64,000 nucleotides of DNA from Candidatus Krumholzibacteriia bacterium. Its GTDB lineage: Bacteria > Krumholzibacteriota > Krumholzibacteriia > Krumholzibacteriales > Krumholzibacteriaceae. The notes beneath the pieces are model-generated. The model was given only the letters and a program-made list of their open reading frames with translations, had not been told where the DNA came from and did no database searches. A program made the translations under genes and the position numbers. Below are positions 1 through 10,882 of this stretch, in pieces. Where the stretch lies: positions 1 through 64,000 of the forward strand of contig CAWIIQ010000001.1 in the NCBI GenBank assembly GCA_963836185.1, given 5' to 3'. Within the stretch, counting starts at the first letter, position 1, and the number at the start of each line of letters is the position of its first letter.

Positions 1-80
1 TGCGGTCGTGGCCGTGACATAGAACGTAACTCTGTGCTATTATTGCGTAATAGCGAGGATACGATAGCCGAGGAGGGGGA

Positions 81-1082
81 ATGAAAGGCTGTCCAGGGTT
101 ATTACTGATTTGTATGCTTCTTGCGTTCGGTGCGGTCAGTTGCGCTGACAGCGGTTTTACTCCCACGGAATATCCTGAATCAGAGACAAGAGATACGAGC
201 TTTGTGTGGAAAAGGCTGAGCAGCGGCACCACATATGCGCTCAACAGCCTGTCTTTCCTTGATACGCTGCATGGGTATTGTGCGGGCGATAACGGCACTA
301 TTCTAAAGACTGATGACGGAGGATTGTCATGGGAGGAGGTGGAGCACGGTTACGCGGGACTCGATTTTAAGGACATTCGCGTATTGGACCAGGATCATAT
401 CTATGCGGCGGGAAATACGGGAAGCGGAAGCAGTATAATCAACACAAACGATGGAGGGACTGCATGGTATGTACTGCCATGCGTGCTTTCGACATATCCG
501 GAATGCAATATCCGTGCGATACATTACCTGAGTACTGATTGCGGAGTCATGGTGGGCCTGGACGGGCTTTCGGCCAAGACCGGCAGCAGTCCAGGCGATA
601 TCAATAAGTATACAATATTGAGTCTATATGATGTGTCGTGCGCTGTTGGTGCCAACAGGCACTTTGCTGTTGGCGAGGACGGGATCATCCTGCTGTCTAC
701 GACCTGTGGAAGAACCTGGGCTCCAGTAGAATCAGGCGTGAGCGTTACTTTGATGGGTGTGCATATGCTGACGTGGAATACCGGTTTCGCCGTAGGCGCC
801 GAAGGTGTTGTCCTTCGGGGAAATCATGAAGGATGGCACGCATGTCAGTTTGAGACGACCAATTCGCTCCTTGGAGTCTGGTTTGCCGATATCTACTCTG
901 GAGTAGTCGTCGGTTCTATTGGGACCATTCTCCATACAGATGATAGAGGGGAATCCTGGGAGATCGAGGAATGTGATACAGATTTGAACCTGTATGATGT
1001 TTTTTTTGAGGACTTGTCAGGGTTCGGGATCGCGGTAGGTGACAGCGGCTCTGTTTTTAAAAGGACCAGGATCATCGAGTAA
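81..1082 (+). CDS. YCF48/BNR-like (Asp-box) beta-propeller lipoprotein
   Basis: SD GGAGG upstream; lipobox-like AVSC; repeated xGxxGxILxTxDGGxxW blades. Confidence 0.8.
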   Translation: MKGCPGLLLICMLLAFGAVSCADSGFTPTEYPESETRDTSFVWKRLSSGTTYALNSLSFLDTLHGYCAGDNGTILKTDDGGLSWEEVEHGYAGLDFKDIRVLDQDHIYAAGNTGSGSSIINTNDGGTAWYVLPCVLSTYPECNIRAIHYLSTDCGVMVGLDGLSAKTGSSPGDINKYTILSLYDVSCAVGANRHFAVGEDGIILLSTTCGRTWAPVESGVSVTLMGVHMLTWNTGFAVGAEGVVLRGNHEGWHACQFETTNSLLGVWFADIYSGVVVGSIGTILHTDDRGESWEIEECDTDLNLYDVFFEDLSGFGIAVGDSGSVFKRTRIIE

Positions 1083-1166
1083 GAGGTGCTGGTGATCGTT
1101 ATTCAGTGAGGCCGGGTTAAACGGGAGAATCCAGAATAGTATAAACAGAAAAAATGGAGGGGGATC

Positions 1167-3602
1167 ATGAAGAAGCTCATATTATGGGCAGTATTGATTG
1201 TATTGCCATTGACCGGCACCCTGGCCTCAGACCATTTGTTTGACTCCCCACTTCAATATTACGCCTGCGATTATCCCGCAGGAGTCGTTAAGGCAGACTT
1301 TAATGAGGACGGCCATGCTGATCTGGCCATAGTAGGTTTTATGACGGACAGTGTTGTGATCTTTATTGGAGCAGGAGACTGTTCTTTTGCCACAGAAACA
1401 GGTTATGGCGTTGGAAGCAACCCCACTTTCGTCACTACGGGAGATTTCAATGAGGACGGAAACATAGATCTGGTTGTTGCAAACAGCGTATCTGACGATA
1501 TCTCGATTCTACTCGGATCAGGAGATGGCTCATTTGACACCGCAGTAAACTATGGCGTCGGCGATCGACCCATGTCAGTCGCTACGGCGGATTTTGACGG
1601 AGACGGGCACATAGACCTGGCTGTGACGAACAGTTATTCCGACGATGTGTCGATTCTCCTCGGGTCAGGAGGCGGCACTTTCGGGCCAGATGCAATTTGC
1701 GCTGTTGGTGATTTCCCGATTTCAGTTATTACGGGAGATTTCAATGAAGACGGCCGCATAGATCTGGCAACGGCGAATCCATTGTCTGACGATATTTCTA
1801 TCCTCATCGGAGCCGGAAACGGCTGGTTTGCTGGAGCTGTAAACTATGTGGGCGGCAAGTCGGCTTCGTCGGTCATTTCGGGGGATTTTAATGAAGACGG
1901 CCATGAAGATCTGGCCGTAGCGACTAATGATACCAGCAGTGTATCGATCTTAATTGGAGAAGGGGACGGCAATTTTTTATCTCCCGTGTGTTACGGTGCC
2001 GGCAATGAAGGTGATTTTGTGACGCTGGGAGATTTTAATGAGGACGGACACACGGATCTTGCAACCGCACATGGTTCTTCAGATCAAGCTTCGATACTCC
2101 TCGGGGCGGGAGATGGGTCATTTGGAAAGGCTGTAAATTATGTGGCAGGTTCGTATCCTGCTTTTATCACCCCGGGAGACTTTGATGAGGATGGCCATAC
2201 AGATCTGGTTGTGACAAACTCTGATGATAAATTCACAATTATCCTTGGGGTTGGCGATGGCACACTTGTCTCTGCCGTGAACTATGGGACAGGAGATCAT
2301 CCTGGATCGGTTGCGCTGGATGATTTTAATGAGGATGGACACGAAGACATGGTGGTGGTGAACAATACTTCCAATGATGTATCAATCATACTTGGGGTGG
2401 GGGATGGAACATTTGCCCCGGCGGTAAACTATGTAACTGGCTCTACTCCCTCTTCAGTCGCAACCGGGGATTTTAACGAGGACGGTCATGCGGATCTGGC
2501 AGTGACTAACCAATATACATACGATGTCTCGATCCTCCTTGGGGCGGGAGATGGGACATTTGCTTCTTCTGTGTTCTATGATGTCGGCGACTATCCCATG
2601 CAGGTCGCGACGGGAGATTTTAATGAGGATGGTCACATAGACCTGGCTGTTGCGAACGGTGTTTCCGGTGATGTCTCGATTCTTCAGGGGTCGGGGGATG
2701 GCGCTTTTGGCAGTGCTGTGAATTTTGGTGCCGGCCTTTTCCCTTCTACAGTCACTGCTGGAGATTATGACGAGGACGGGCACATGGACCTGGCAACAGC
2801 AAATACTTCATCTGATGGTATTTCAATTCTCCTGGGGTTCGGGGACGGGACATTTGCTTCGGCTGTATCCTATGGCGCCGGATATTTTCCCATCCAGGTC
2901 ACGCCGGGAGATTTTAATGAGGATAGTCATATAGATCTGGTGGTGACGAATAACCAGATTGATAGCCTTTCTATTCTTTTTGGAGCGGGAGACGGTTCTT
3001 TTGCCACATCTGTAATGCTTGGAACGGGAGGTAGTCCTGGTTCAGTCAGTACGGGAGACTTTAATGATGACGGCCATACGGATCTGGCAGTGCCTAACAG
3101 ATTAGATGACAATATTTCAGTTTTTGTCGGGGCGGGAGACGGCACTTTTGCTGCCTGCGGAGACTATGTTGCCGGAGGCAGCCCGAGATTCTCTATTGCC
3201 GGTGATTTTGACGAAGATGGGCGTCTGGATCTGGCGACGATTAACAATGCGAATGACAACATCTCGATCCTTATCAATCGTTTTGAAAAATCAACTGACA
3301 CACAACCTGATAAGAATGTTCCTTCTGCCTGCTATTTATCAGCAAATTACCCGAATCCGTTTAATCCTCGTACTACAGTAAAATTCAGAGTTCCCGGAAA
3401 TGGGCACGTAAATATTGCTGTTTACGATGTTGCAGGGCGAAAAGTAAAAGTACTCGCTGACAGGAAATTCAAGAGCGGTGAATTCACCCTGATGTGGGAC
3501 GGAAAAAACAGCAACGGCAAAGATGTCAGTTCCGGTGTCTACTTCGCCAGGATGGTTGCGGGCAGTTTTTCGAGTGCGAGAAAAATGGTTCTTCTTCGCT
3601 GA
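1167..3602 (+). CDS. Secreted FG-GAP/VCBS repeat protein with C-terminal FlgD-Ig / T9SS-type sorting domain
   Basis: Signal peptide; 14 xDF(N/D)EDGHxDL repeats about 49 aa apart; C-terminus NYPNPFNP...WDGKN...GVYF...KMVLLR. Confidence 0.9.
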   Translation: MKKLILWAVLIVLPLTGTLASDHLFDSPLQYYACDYPAGVVKADFNEDGHADLAIVGFMTDSVVIFIGAGDCSFATETGYGVGSNPTFVTTGDFNEDGNIDLVVANSVSDDISILLGSGDGSFDTAVNYGVGDRPMSVATADFDGDGHIDLAVTNSYSDDVSILLGSGGGTFGPDAICAVGDFPISVITGDFNEDGRIDLATANPLSDDISILIGAGNGWFAGAVNYVGGKSASSVISGDFNEDGHEDLAVATNDTSSVSILIGEGDGNFLSPVCYGAGNEGDFVTLGDFNEDGHTDLATAHGSSDQASILLGAGDGSFGKAVNYVAGSYPAFITPGDFDEDGHTDLVVTNSDDKFTIILGVGDGTLVSAVNYGTGDHPGSVALDDFNEDGHEDMVVVNNTSNDVSIILGVGDGTFAPAVNYVTGSTPSSVATGDFNEDGHADLAVTNQYTYDVSILLGAGDGTFASSVFYDVGDYPMQVATGDFNEDGHIDLAVANGVSGDVSILQGSGDGAFGSAVNFGAGLFPSTVTAGDYDEDGHMDLATANTSSDGISILLGFGDGTFASAVSYGAGYFPIQVTPGDFNEDSHIDLVVTNNQIDSLSILFGAGDGSFATSVMLGTGGSPGSVSTGDFNDDGHTDLAVPNRLDDNISVFVGAGDGTFAACGDYVAGGSPRFSIAGDFDEDGRLDLATINNANDNISILINRFEKSTDTQPDKNVPSACYLSANYPNPFNPRTTVKFRVPGNGHVNIAVYDVAGRKVKVLADRKFKSGEFTLMWDGKNSNGKDVSSGVYFARMVAGSFSSARKMVLLR
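1290..3270 (+). repeat. Intragenic degenerate ~147-bp tandem repeat (14 FG-GAP units)
   Basis: Recurring ggagattt(t/c)aatgaggacgg...gatctgg motif with ~147-nt period. Confidence 0.85.
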
Positions 3603-3692
3603 TTTTAATATGTGGCCAGAGCGTGTGGACATCTGACATCTCGTGTTCGAGCAGGAATCTTATCGATGCATTCCTCGAGTCGGAAGGATTGA

Positions 3693-3890
3693 GTGATGAA
3701 GAGTAGATTGTTCGATCCCGATTTCGTCAGGCAGTCGGCCGAGATTAGGCGGATAGGGAGCAGGGCCGTTCGCAGGGCGCAGGAAGAGAACAGGCGGCTC
3801 GGTATACCAAACGCGTACTTCATCAACGGACATACTTACTACGAGCTTCCTGACGGGACGCTCAGCCTGGAGGATCCCTGGGAAGAATAG
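3693..3890 (+). CDS. Small hypothetical protein (possible antitoxin-like partner)
   Basis: Coherent 64-65 aa ORF, RAVRRAQEENRRLGIPNAYFINGHTYYELPDG; SD-like AAGGA upstream. Confidence 0.65.
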   Translation: MMKSRLFDPDFVRQSAEIRRIGSRAVRRAQEENRRLGIPNAYFINGHTYYELPDGTLSLEDPWEE

Positions 3891-3915
3891 GCAGTGTCTT
3901 CGTTTGGCTCCACCG

Positions 3916-4018
3916 GCGTCCACTTTTGAGGACGCGATTATCCAAAAGAGGACACATCTCTCCTTTCAATCTGCGTAACTCCTTATATTACAACACGGTT
4001 TTTCGGCACTCTAATTGC
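3916..4018 (+). promoter_or_regulatory. Putative sigma54 -24/-12 promoter with upstream enhancer-like sites
   Basis: TCGGCACTCTAATTGC at 4003-4018 (GG-N10-GC); paired TCC..GGAC sites at 3916-3935 and 3939-3954; AT-rich spacer. Confidence 0.6.
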
Positions 4019-4161
4019 GATTATTAATCTTTTGGGTTAGTACAGCAGGGGGAAAGTGTGCCTTCGCTGTGCTCCCGTCCGGCAGCCGGAAAGCTTCGCC
4101 GATCTTCGGCGCAGAGCCCGGCAGCCAGCCGCCCCGGCGCGGGAGATTTCGACCGGAGCAG

Positions 4162-4680
4162 ATGATGACCAGAGTGAGACTGATAAGACTGACAGCGGCA
4201 TCGATAGCGATACCGGTCCTGCTCGCCGCCTCGCCTTCTTTCTCCCAGGAACGAAAACAGCTCGAACGGGAAGATCTGAAAAAGGAGGAGGGCAAAAAGG
4301 CGGTCACGGCCAATGATCCTCTCGAGGTCTTCAAGGCCCTCGAACGCTCGTGGCAGAAGGAGAATGCCGACGGCATCGCCTCGTATGCGGGGGAGGGGCG
4401 CGTCTTTCTCGATGTCAGGGGGATAGGCAAGAAGGGCGGCTATTACAGCAGATCGCAGGTCAAGTATCTCTTCAGGGATATGTTTGAGGTCGACGAGCAG
4501 ATGAAGTTTGAGTTTGTGAAGTTTCAAAATCTGGAAGAGCCCGACAGGAAGGTCTACGGAATAGCATACAGGAGCTGTAAAAACCATCGCAGCGGCAAGG
4601 TCTTTCAGGATAAGGTGTACGTTACGCTGGGCCGAGAGGGCTCAGCATGGGTCGTGGCCGAGATAAAGACCACGCGTTGA
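4162..4680 (+). CDS. Exported DUF4783-like (NTF2-fold-like) protein
   Basis: GGAG SD at 4155; signal peptide; GYYSRSQVKYLFRDMF motif. Confidence 0.6.
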   Translation: MMTRVRLIRLTAASIAIPVLLAASPSFSQERKQLEREDLKKEEGKKAVTANDPLEVFKALERSWQKENADGIASYAGEGRVFLDVRGIGKKGGYYSRSQVKYLFRDMFEVDEQMKFEFVKFQNLEEPDRKVYGIAYRSCKNHRSGKVFQDKVYVTLGREGSAWVVAEIKTTR

Positions 4681-4711
4681 CCCCCGCCCCTGATACGGGA
4701 GATACGTCGCC

Positions 4712-7700
4712 GTGGATGCCAAGAGAGAGAACAAGATATTCCTGTCCGTCCTGTGGACGTTCCTCGTATCGGCGCTCGTCTTCTTTTTCATCTACATAGC
4801 AGCAGGCAGGATAGAGCTACCGCCATCGGTGTGGTTCGCCATGCTCCTGCTCGACATCGGGTTCATCGTCTTTCTCTTCGTTCCGCTGCCCGGGAGGCAG
4901 AGGGTCGGGGGAAGAAAGGCGCCGAGGCGAATGGAATGGTACCCGCGCGACCTCGGGGAGATAGTCGAGAAGCGCGAGGATGTCGTCACCGACGGATCCG
5001 GGGATGCTTCGGCCCGGAAGGGCTGTGGGGCTGGTGCCTCTCCTTCCGCTCCTGATACTCCTGCTTGTCATCATACTCGCCGCCCCATTCGGAAGGGGCG
5101 AGGACGCGTGGATTGGAGAGGGAGACGGAGCGGCTCACCGGGATCTATGACGAGGCCTCGGAGATGCTCGCAGGGCTCGAGCGCCGGCTCGGAGATGTGA
5201 GCGATGAGGCCGAAGAGCTGCTGGCGAGGTGGGAAGTCACAAAGGCGGACGATCCGGCGCGGATCACGATGATACACGCGATAGATTCGCTGGCTGCAGA
5301 GGCGTCGGCCGGGCTGGAGCCCGTCTCGCAGCTCGGCATCCAGGTATTCAACGCCGGCGGGAACAGGCTCGCCTGGGGCGGGAGCCCGCGGTACGACGGG
5401 CGGATAGACACGCGGGCCGACGGGACGAAGATATTCATAGCGAGGGCGCGGCTCTTTACCGTGCTCGTCAGGGATATGCCGCTCGCATCGGGGGGAAGGG
5501 TCGTAGTCGATCTGCCTCTCGAGGTCAATTACAGGATCAGCAACAGGTTCCTGCGCAGCACGAGCCTCGGCGAGGTCGTCAGCAGGCGGTACGGGGTCGA
5601 TGTCGATTACAGCTACTGGATGGGGCGGCACGGCGGCCGTTCGAACGAGGGAACGCGGCCGGCCAGGTTCCCGAGGTCTCCCGGACGGCTGAGGGGGCCG
5701 TCAGGATAAGGGGGCCGCTGGTCTCCGGCGAGGGGCTGCCGCTGGCGAGGCTCACGGTGCGCGGCGAGACATATTCAGCCGCGGCGTCCGGCACCTCGAG
5801 CAGGCACGCGACATGGGCCGGACTGCTCCTGACACTCTCCGTGATAGTCATCGCCCGCTGGATCTACAACGGGTGGGGGAAGAGGCAGTGCCAGGGCGAG
5901 AGCAACCTGCGCTGCCTGATGAGGCGGATCGTCCTGCTCGTATTCTTCCTCGGCATCATACGCTATCTCCTGCTGCGGCTCGATATGCCTGGCGGGGTCT
6001 TCGGGATCGATCTCTTCGATTCGGCCCTCTTCGCCGACGACGCGCCGGGCGGGCTGATGAGAACGGCGGGGGACTACCTCATATCCGCGGCCTTCCTTCT
6101 GACATTCGTCTTCGGGGTGGTCAAGTCTTTCAGGACATATTACGGGGGGATCCTCGAGAAACAGGTCAGCCGGGGGCATCCCTTCGATCTCGTGCGGATG
6201 CTGGGGCGCTCTGCCCTGATGACCGCGGTCATTGCCGGTGTGATGCTCGGATCGACGCTTATCGTCGCGCGCACGGTGCTCAACTCAAATCCAAGACTCA
6301 TAGGGCTCGACGCGGGGTTCTTCAGCATCCCCGCCCTTACGCTTCATACGGCGCTTCTCTTCGCCGTCGCGGCTGTCTTTATCGCCGCCGTCTTCCTCTT
6401 CAGGCTTCTGCTGAGCTGGGGAGGCGGGCCGAAGGCCGAGATGATCGTCTCCTCGGCGGCCGCTATCGCCGCCGCCTGGTTCCTCGTGCATCCGCACTGG
6501 TCGGCCCTTATCGCGGGGGTGGCGCTGATCTTTCTGGCGGCGCGGATATTCCCGCTGCTGAAGAAAGAGGAGCTGCTCTCTGTCGTCTTCGCCTCCTTCT
6601 TCCTCGTGCTGATCTGCTCGGTCGTCATATTCGGGGTCGGCACGCGGGGGTACAACGAGATAAGGAGGGGGAAGATAGAGGAGCTGGCCGCCGATATCAA
6701 CGACCCCGAAGAGAACATGTTCGAGATGGCCCTGCAGTTCGGGATGGAAGAGATAGCGGCCGACAGGACGCTCGTCTCCAAGGCGATGTCGCGGTCGCAG
6801 ACGGCCGCCTTCGAGATATGGGCGGAGAGCGACCTGAGCGGGATGGGCAGGCCGTGCGTCTTCGATGTCTTCGATGATGCGGACAACAGGTTCTCGAGCT
6901 TCTCGGTCGGCATCCCGTTCGAGATAGCGGGCGTCTTCGACGACGCGGGACATGCCCTCGAGAGGCCCGGAGTCGTCAGCCTCGTGCGCGACAGCGATTT
7001 CGGGAAGGTCTACTACTTTGTCGGCATCACCCCTATCCGCCATCCGAGCGGGAGGCTTGCCGGGAGGGTAGAGGTCAAGTGGCCATATCACTTCGAGAAC
7101 CCGGCGATGCTTACGAGCGCCGGGCCGGCGGCGCCCGAGATCCTGCGGAATGTCGAGAGGGGCTCGGTGACGCCGAGGATAGACGAGCCGGAGAAACTGC
7201 TCGTCGCGAGGGTCGAAGGCGGGCGGGTGGTCGAGTCTTCCGCTCCCTCGGTGAAGACAGGGACACCGCTCGGCGGGTGACCCGGGCGTCTGGTTCATCC
7301 ACGGCTCGGACGAGGGAAATTACCACTGCGTTTACATGCCGGGCGATGGCGAGTCGCAGTATATCGTCGGATACCTGTCGCCAGGATTCAACGGAAGCGT
7401 CCTTCTCTGGGCGACCGTCATATCGGTCGACATCATGATAACGATAGCGGCGCTCGCGCTGCTGCTGCTCGTCCGCAAGCTTCCCGTTTTCGGGAGCGTC
7501 ACGCCCGATGTCTCGATCAGGGGCGGCCTGGGGTTCAGGCGCAAGCTCCTGCTCTCCTTTACCGTCGTCTCGATGATACCGGTGGTGCTGATGGGCATCT
7601 TCTCGTCGAGATACATCAATTACAGGTACAGGACGGTCGGTGAGAACGAGGCGTACGAGGCGGCCTCGTCGGCGGGGGCGCTTGTGAGGCACGGGGTGAG

Positions 7701-9578
7701 GGCGGAGGCGGAGGCGTTCGGGCGAAGCAGCTACCTCGAGCAGGATGCTCCAGTCGGAGGCGGGGATAGACAGCGCCGGGGTACGAGGATGCCCTGTTTA
7801 CGCTGATCGGCCCGGCGGGCAGCGTGGTCCTCGACGATACCCGCTATCCCGTCGACAGGAGCAGGATACCGGCGATTATGGCAGACGCCCTCGCCGGGCG
7901 AGTGACGATAACGTGGGACAGGCCGGGGCTGTACGCCGGGACGGTGATACCGATAGAGCTGCCGGACAGGCCGGGAGGGTACCTCTACTACCGCAGAAAA
8001 CTCGATGACGATTTCATAGGAAGGACGGCGGCGGTCCTCGGCCGCAACCTCAACATATACTATCGCGGGACGCTGGCCGCTTCGAGCGAGCGCGAGCTCT
8101 TCGTGGGCGGCTTCCTCGGGACGCTGCTCGCGCCGCGCACATACGCCGACGTGGCGCTCGGGGGGAGCCGGACCGTCGTGACCAGGGAGTCGCTCGGCGA
8201 CTACTCGTACCAGGTGTCGAGCGTCGCGATACCGCCCCTTGTCAGCGGCGAGAACGCCGTTCTCTCCGTGCCGCACCTCTACCGCACCGCGATCGTGCGG
8301 GGAGAGGTCCTTCGGACCTCCGCCGTGCTGCTCGGGCTGCTCGCTCTGATACTCTGCGTTGCCGTGACACTCGGCGTCTTCCTCGCCGGAAAGATATTCA
8401 ACCCTATCGCGGAGCTGCGGGTGGGGACGAAGAGGATCATACGCGGCGATCTCGAGTTCCGCCTCGAATCGGGGGCGACCGACGAGATCGGCGAGCTGGT
8501 CGATTCGTTCAACTCGATGACTACCTCGCTCGCGCTGGCGAGGCGCGACCTGCTCGAGAGGCAGCGCTACCTCGCCGCCGTGCTCGACAACATGTCGACA
8601 GGAGTGATATCGGCCGACAGCGGCGGCACGATCATGACGCTGAACCCGGCGGGCGAGAGGATCCTCGGCATGTCGGCGGACGACCTTGTCGGGACGAAGG
8701 CGGGCGCCTCGGCCGGCTCTCATCTCAGGGCATTCTTCGACCTCTTCTCGATGGAGACGGAGAAGACGACAGAGGGGGAGATCTCCCTCGAGCATGACGA
8801 TGAGAGGCGGACGCTCAAGACCGTCGTCGCGGGGTTGTCGGAGGGGGGCGAGAGGCTCGGCACGGTGATCGTCTTCGATGACCTCACCGAGCTGATCCGC
8901 ACGAAGAAGCTCGCCGCCTGGATCGAGATGGCAAGGCAGATCGCGCACGAGGTGAAGAACCCGCTCACCCCGATCAAGCTCTCCGCGCAGCTGATGCAGA
9001 GGGCGTACAACGCGGAGAGCGACGAATTCGATTCGATATTCACCAGCGGGATCGACACGGTGATACAGCAGACAGAGATACTGCGCCAGATAGCGTCCGA
9101 GTTCTCGAGCTTCGGGCGGGCCGTCGACCTGAAGCGCGAGACGATAGAGATAGAAGAGTTTATCACCGGCGTGATCGCCGGGTACCGGGGCGTCGAGAAT
9201 GTCACGATCCGTTATGACGGCGGTGGCGGCGCCGTTACGGCCGATCCGGAGGCTCTCCGCAAGATACTGGTCAACCTGATCGAGAACGCCCTCGAGGCGA
9301 TCGCCGACGGAGGCGAGATCGTCGTGACGCACGAGGTCGCAGGCGGCCTTGCCGTCATCAGCGTCTCGGATACGGGGACGGGGCTCTCCGGAGAGGTCGA
9401 GGAGAAGCTTTTCGAGCCGTACTTCTCGACGAAGACGAACGGGACCGGCCTCGGGCTCGCCATCTGCCAGGGCCTCGCGCACGAGATGGACGGCGAGATA
9501 GTGCTTCGGAACAGGGAGGATGTGCAGGGTGTAAAAGCTGTTGTGACACTGCCCGCGGCAAAGGAGGAAAAGAGCTGA
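4712..9578 (+). CDS. Very large multi-TM NtrY-like sensor histidine kinase (HAMP-PAS-HisKA-HATPase), split by several frameshifts
   Basis: Consecutive fragments at 4712, 5065, 5229, 7336 and 7824; H-box EMARQIAHEVKNPLTPI; N-box NLIENA; G-boxes DTGTG, GTGLGL; HAMP DEIGELVDSFNSM. Confidence 0.85.
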
Positions 9579-9606
9579 TCCGTTCCGGTCGACAGGCACT
9601 CCCCTA

Positions 9607-10098
9607 ATGGTGAACGTTATGCTCGATCGATTCGTTCTGTTGCTCGTTATTGTTTCGATCATCGTCTTTGTGCCTGGCAGCGGAGGCGCTGACGTCGGTA
9701 CGGACGATGATGACTGGGATTTTGAGCTCGAAGGCCCGATTTTCGTTTTCTGCACAGTATGGATGTGCGGAAGTCTCCTGCTGACGTCGTACAACTCTTC
9801 CCGGCTGGAGGCGGATGACCCGAGCAGGGGAGGAGGGGCCGCGGGGCTGGTAGTCGGAACATTTACGACACTGGGTGGCGCGATGGCTTTCATATACCCC
9901 CATCCGGCGACCCGGGTCATTGGGGCCGCGAGTATGGCGGCGGGCGGGTACACGTTATATTCGAGCGTGAAGGGCCTGAAGGCCGTTCAGCGCAAGTACA
10001 TCGAGGCGGAGGAGCAGGGGCTCACATTCGAGCCGATCCTGATCGATGACGGGTCGGGGAGGCTCGGGCCGGGATTGCAGGTGAGCTGGAAGTTTTAA
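9607..10098 (+). CDS. Hypothetical exported/membrane protein
   Basis: Signal peptide, glycine-rich hydrophobic segments, terminal GLQVSWKF. Confidence 0.65.
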   Translation: MVNVMLDRFVLLLVIVSIIVFVPGSGGADVGTDDDDWDFELEGPIFVFCTVWMCGSLLLTSYNSSRLEADDPSRGGGAAGLVVGTFTTLGGAMAFIYPHPATRVIGAASMAAGGYTLYSSVKGLKAVQRKYIEAEEQGLTFEPILIDDGSGRLGPGLQVSWKF

Positions 10099-10102
10099 TA
10101 TT

Positions 10103-10865
10103 ATGAAGATGATATCAGGATATGGCCGTGTTGCGCGTGTGCATGTAGCTGCTCTCGCGGCGGCCGCATTGTTACTGTTTGCGATTACGGGCGCCGGTAG
10201 CCCAGGGGCATCGCCCCGAGGGTGGGGACCCATCTGCCAGCCGTGAAGAGAACGGCAGGGTGAGGGCCGATGACTACCGGGTGACCGTGGCGAGGCTCAA
10301 GTATGGCGGCGGAGGGGACTGGTACGCCGATCCTTCCTCGCTCCCGAACTTTCTCGGTGAGTTCGAGAAGCGGACCGGGATACCGACCGCTTCGATCGAG
10401 AAGGTAATCGAGGCGGGAGACCCGGAGATCTCATCGTTCCCCTTCCTCTATATGACGGGGCACGGGAACGTCGCCTTCTCCGGCACCGAGCTCGAGCGCC
10501 TGCGAAGGCACCTTCTCGCCGGAGGGTTCCTCTACGCCGACGACAACTACGGGATGGACGAGTCGTTCAGGAGGGCCGTTGCCCTTCTCTTCCCCGACCG
10601 CGAGCTGGCGCTCGTGCCGTTCGACCATCCTCTCTACGACTGTTTCTATAAGCTCGAGGGTCCGCCGAAGATACATGAGCATGACGGGAAGCGTCCCGAA
10701 GGGTGGGGTATATTCGACGGGGACAGGCTGATGCTCTTCTATACGTACGAAAGCGACGTCGGGGACGGGCTCGAGGACCCAGACGTACATGGCGACACTC
10801 CCGCGAAGCGGGAGGCGGCGATACAGATGGCGGTAAATGTCTTTTATTACGCGATGACGAGGTGA
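10103..10865 (+). CDS. DUF4159 family protein (frameshift after the signal peptide)
   Basis: ARLKYGGGGDWY, PFLYMTGHG, GGFLYADDNYGMD, PKIHEHDG; ATG 10103 encodes a signal peptide in another frame. Confidence 0.85.
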
Positions 10866-10882
10866 CAGGGGAAGACAGAAAG

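Noticed and set aside
1290-3270. Periodic DNA repeats as a CRISPR array
   Set aside because: Repeats are degenerate, codon-phased and inside an ORF; there are no identical repeats with unique spacers and no cas genes
7731-9953. Long minus-strand ORFs (also 34031-36085, 46893-48533, 25642-26850, 58632-59768)
   Set aside because: Antisense shadows of well-supported + strand genes in high-GC DNA; no recognisable motifs
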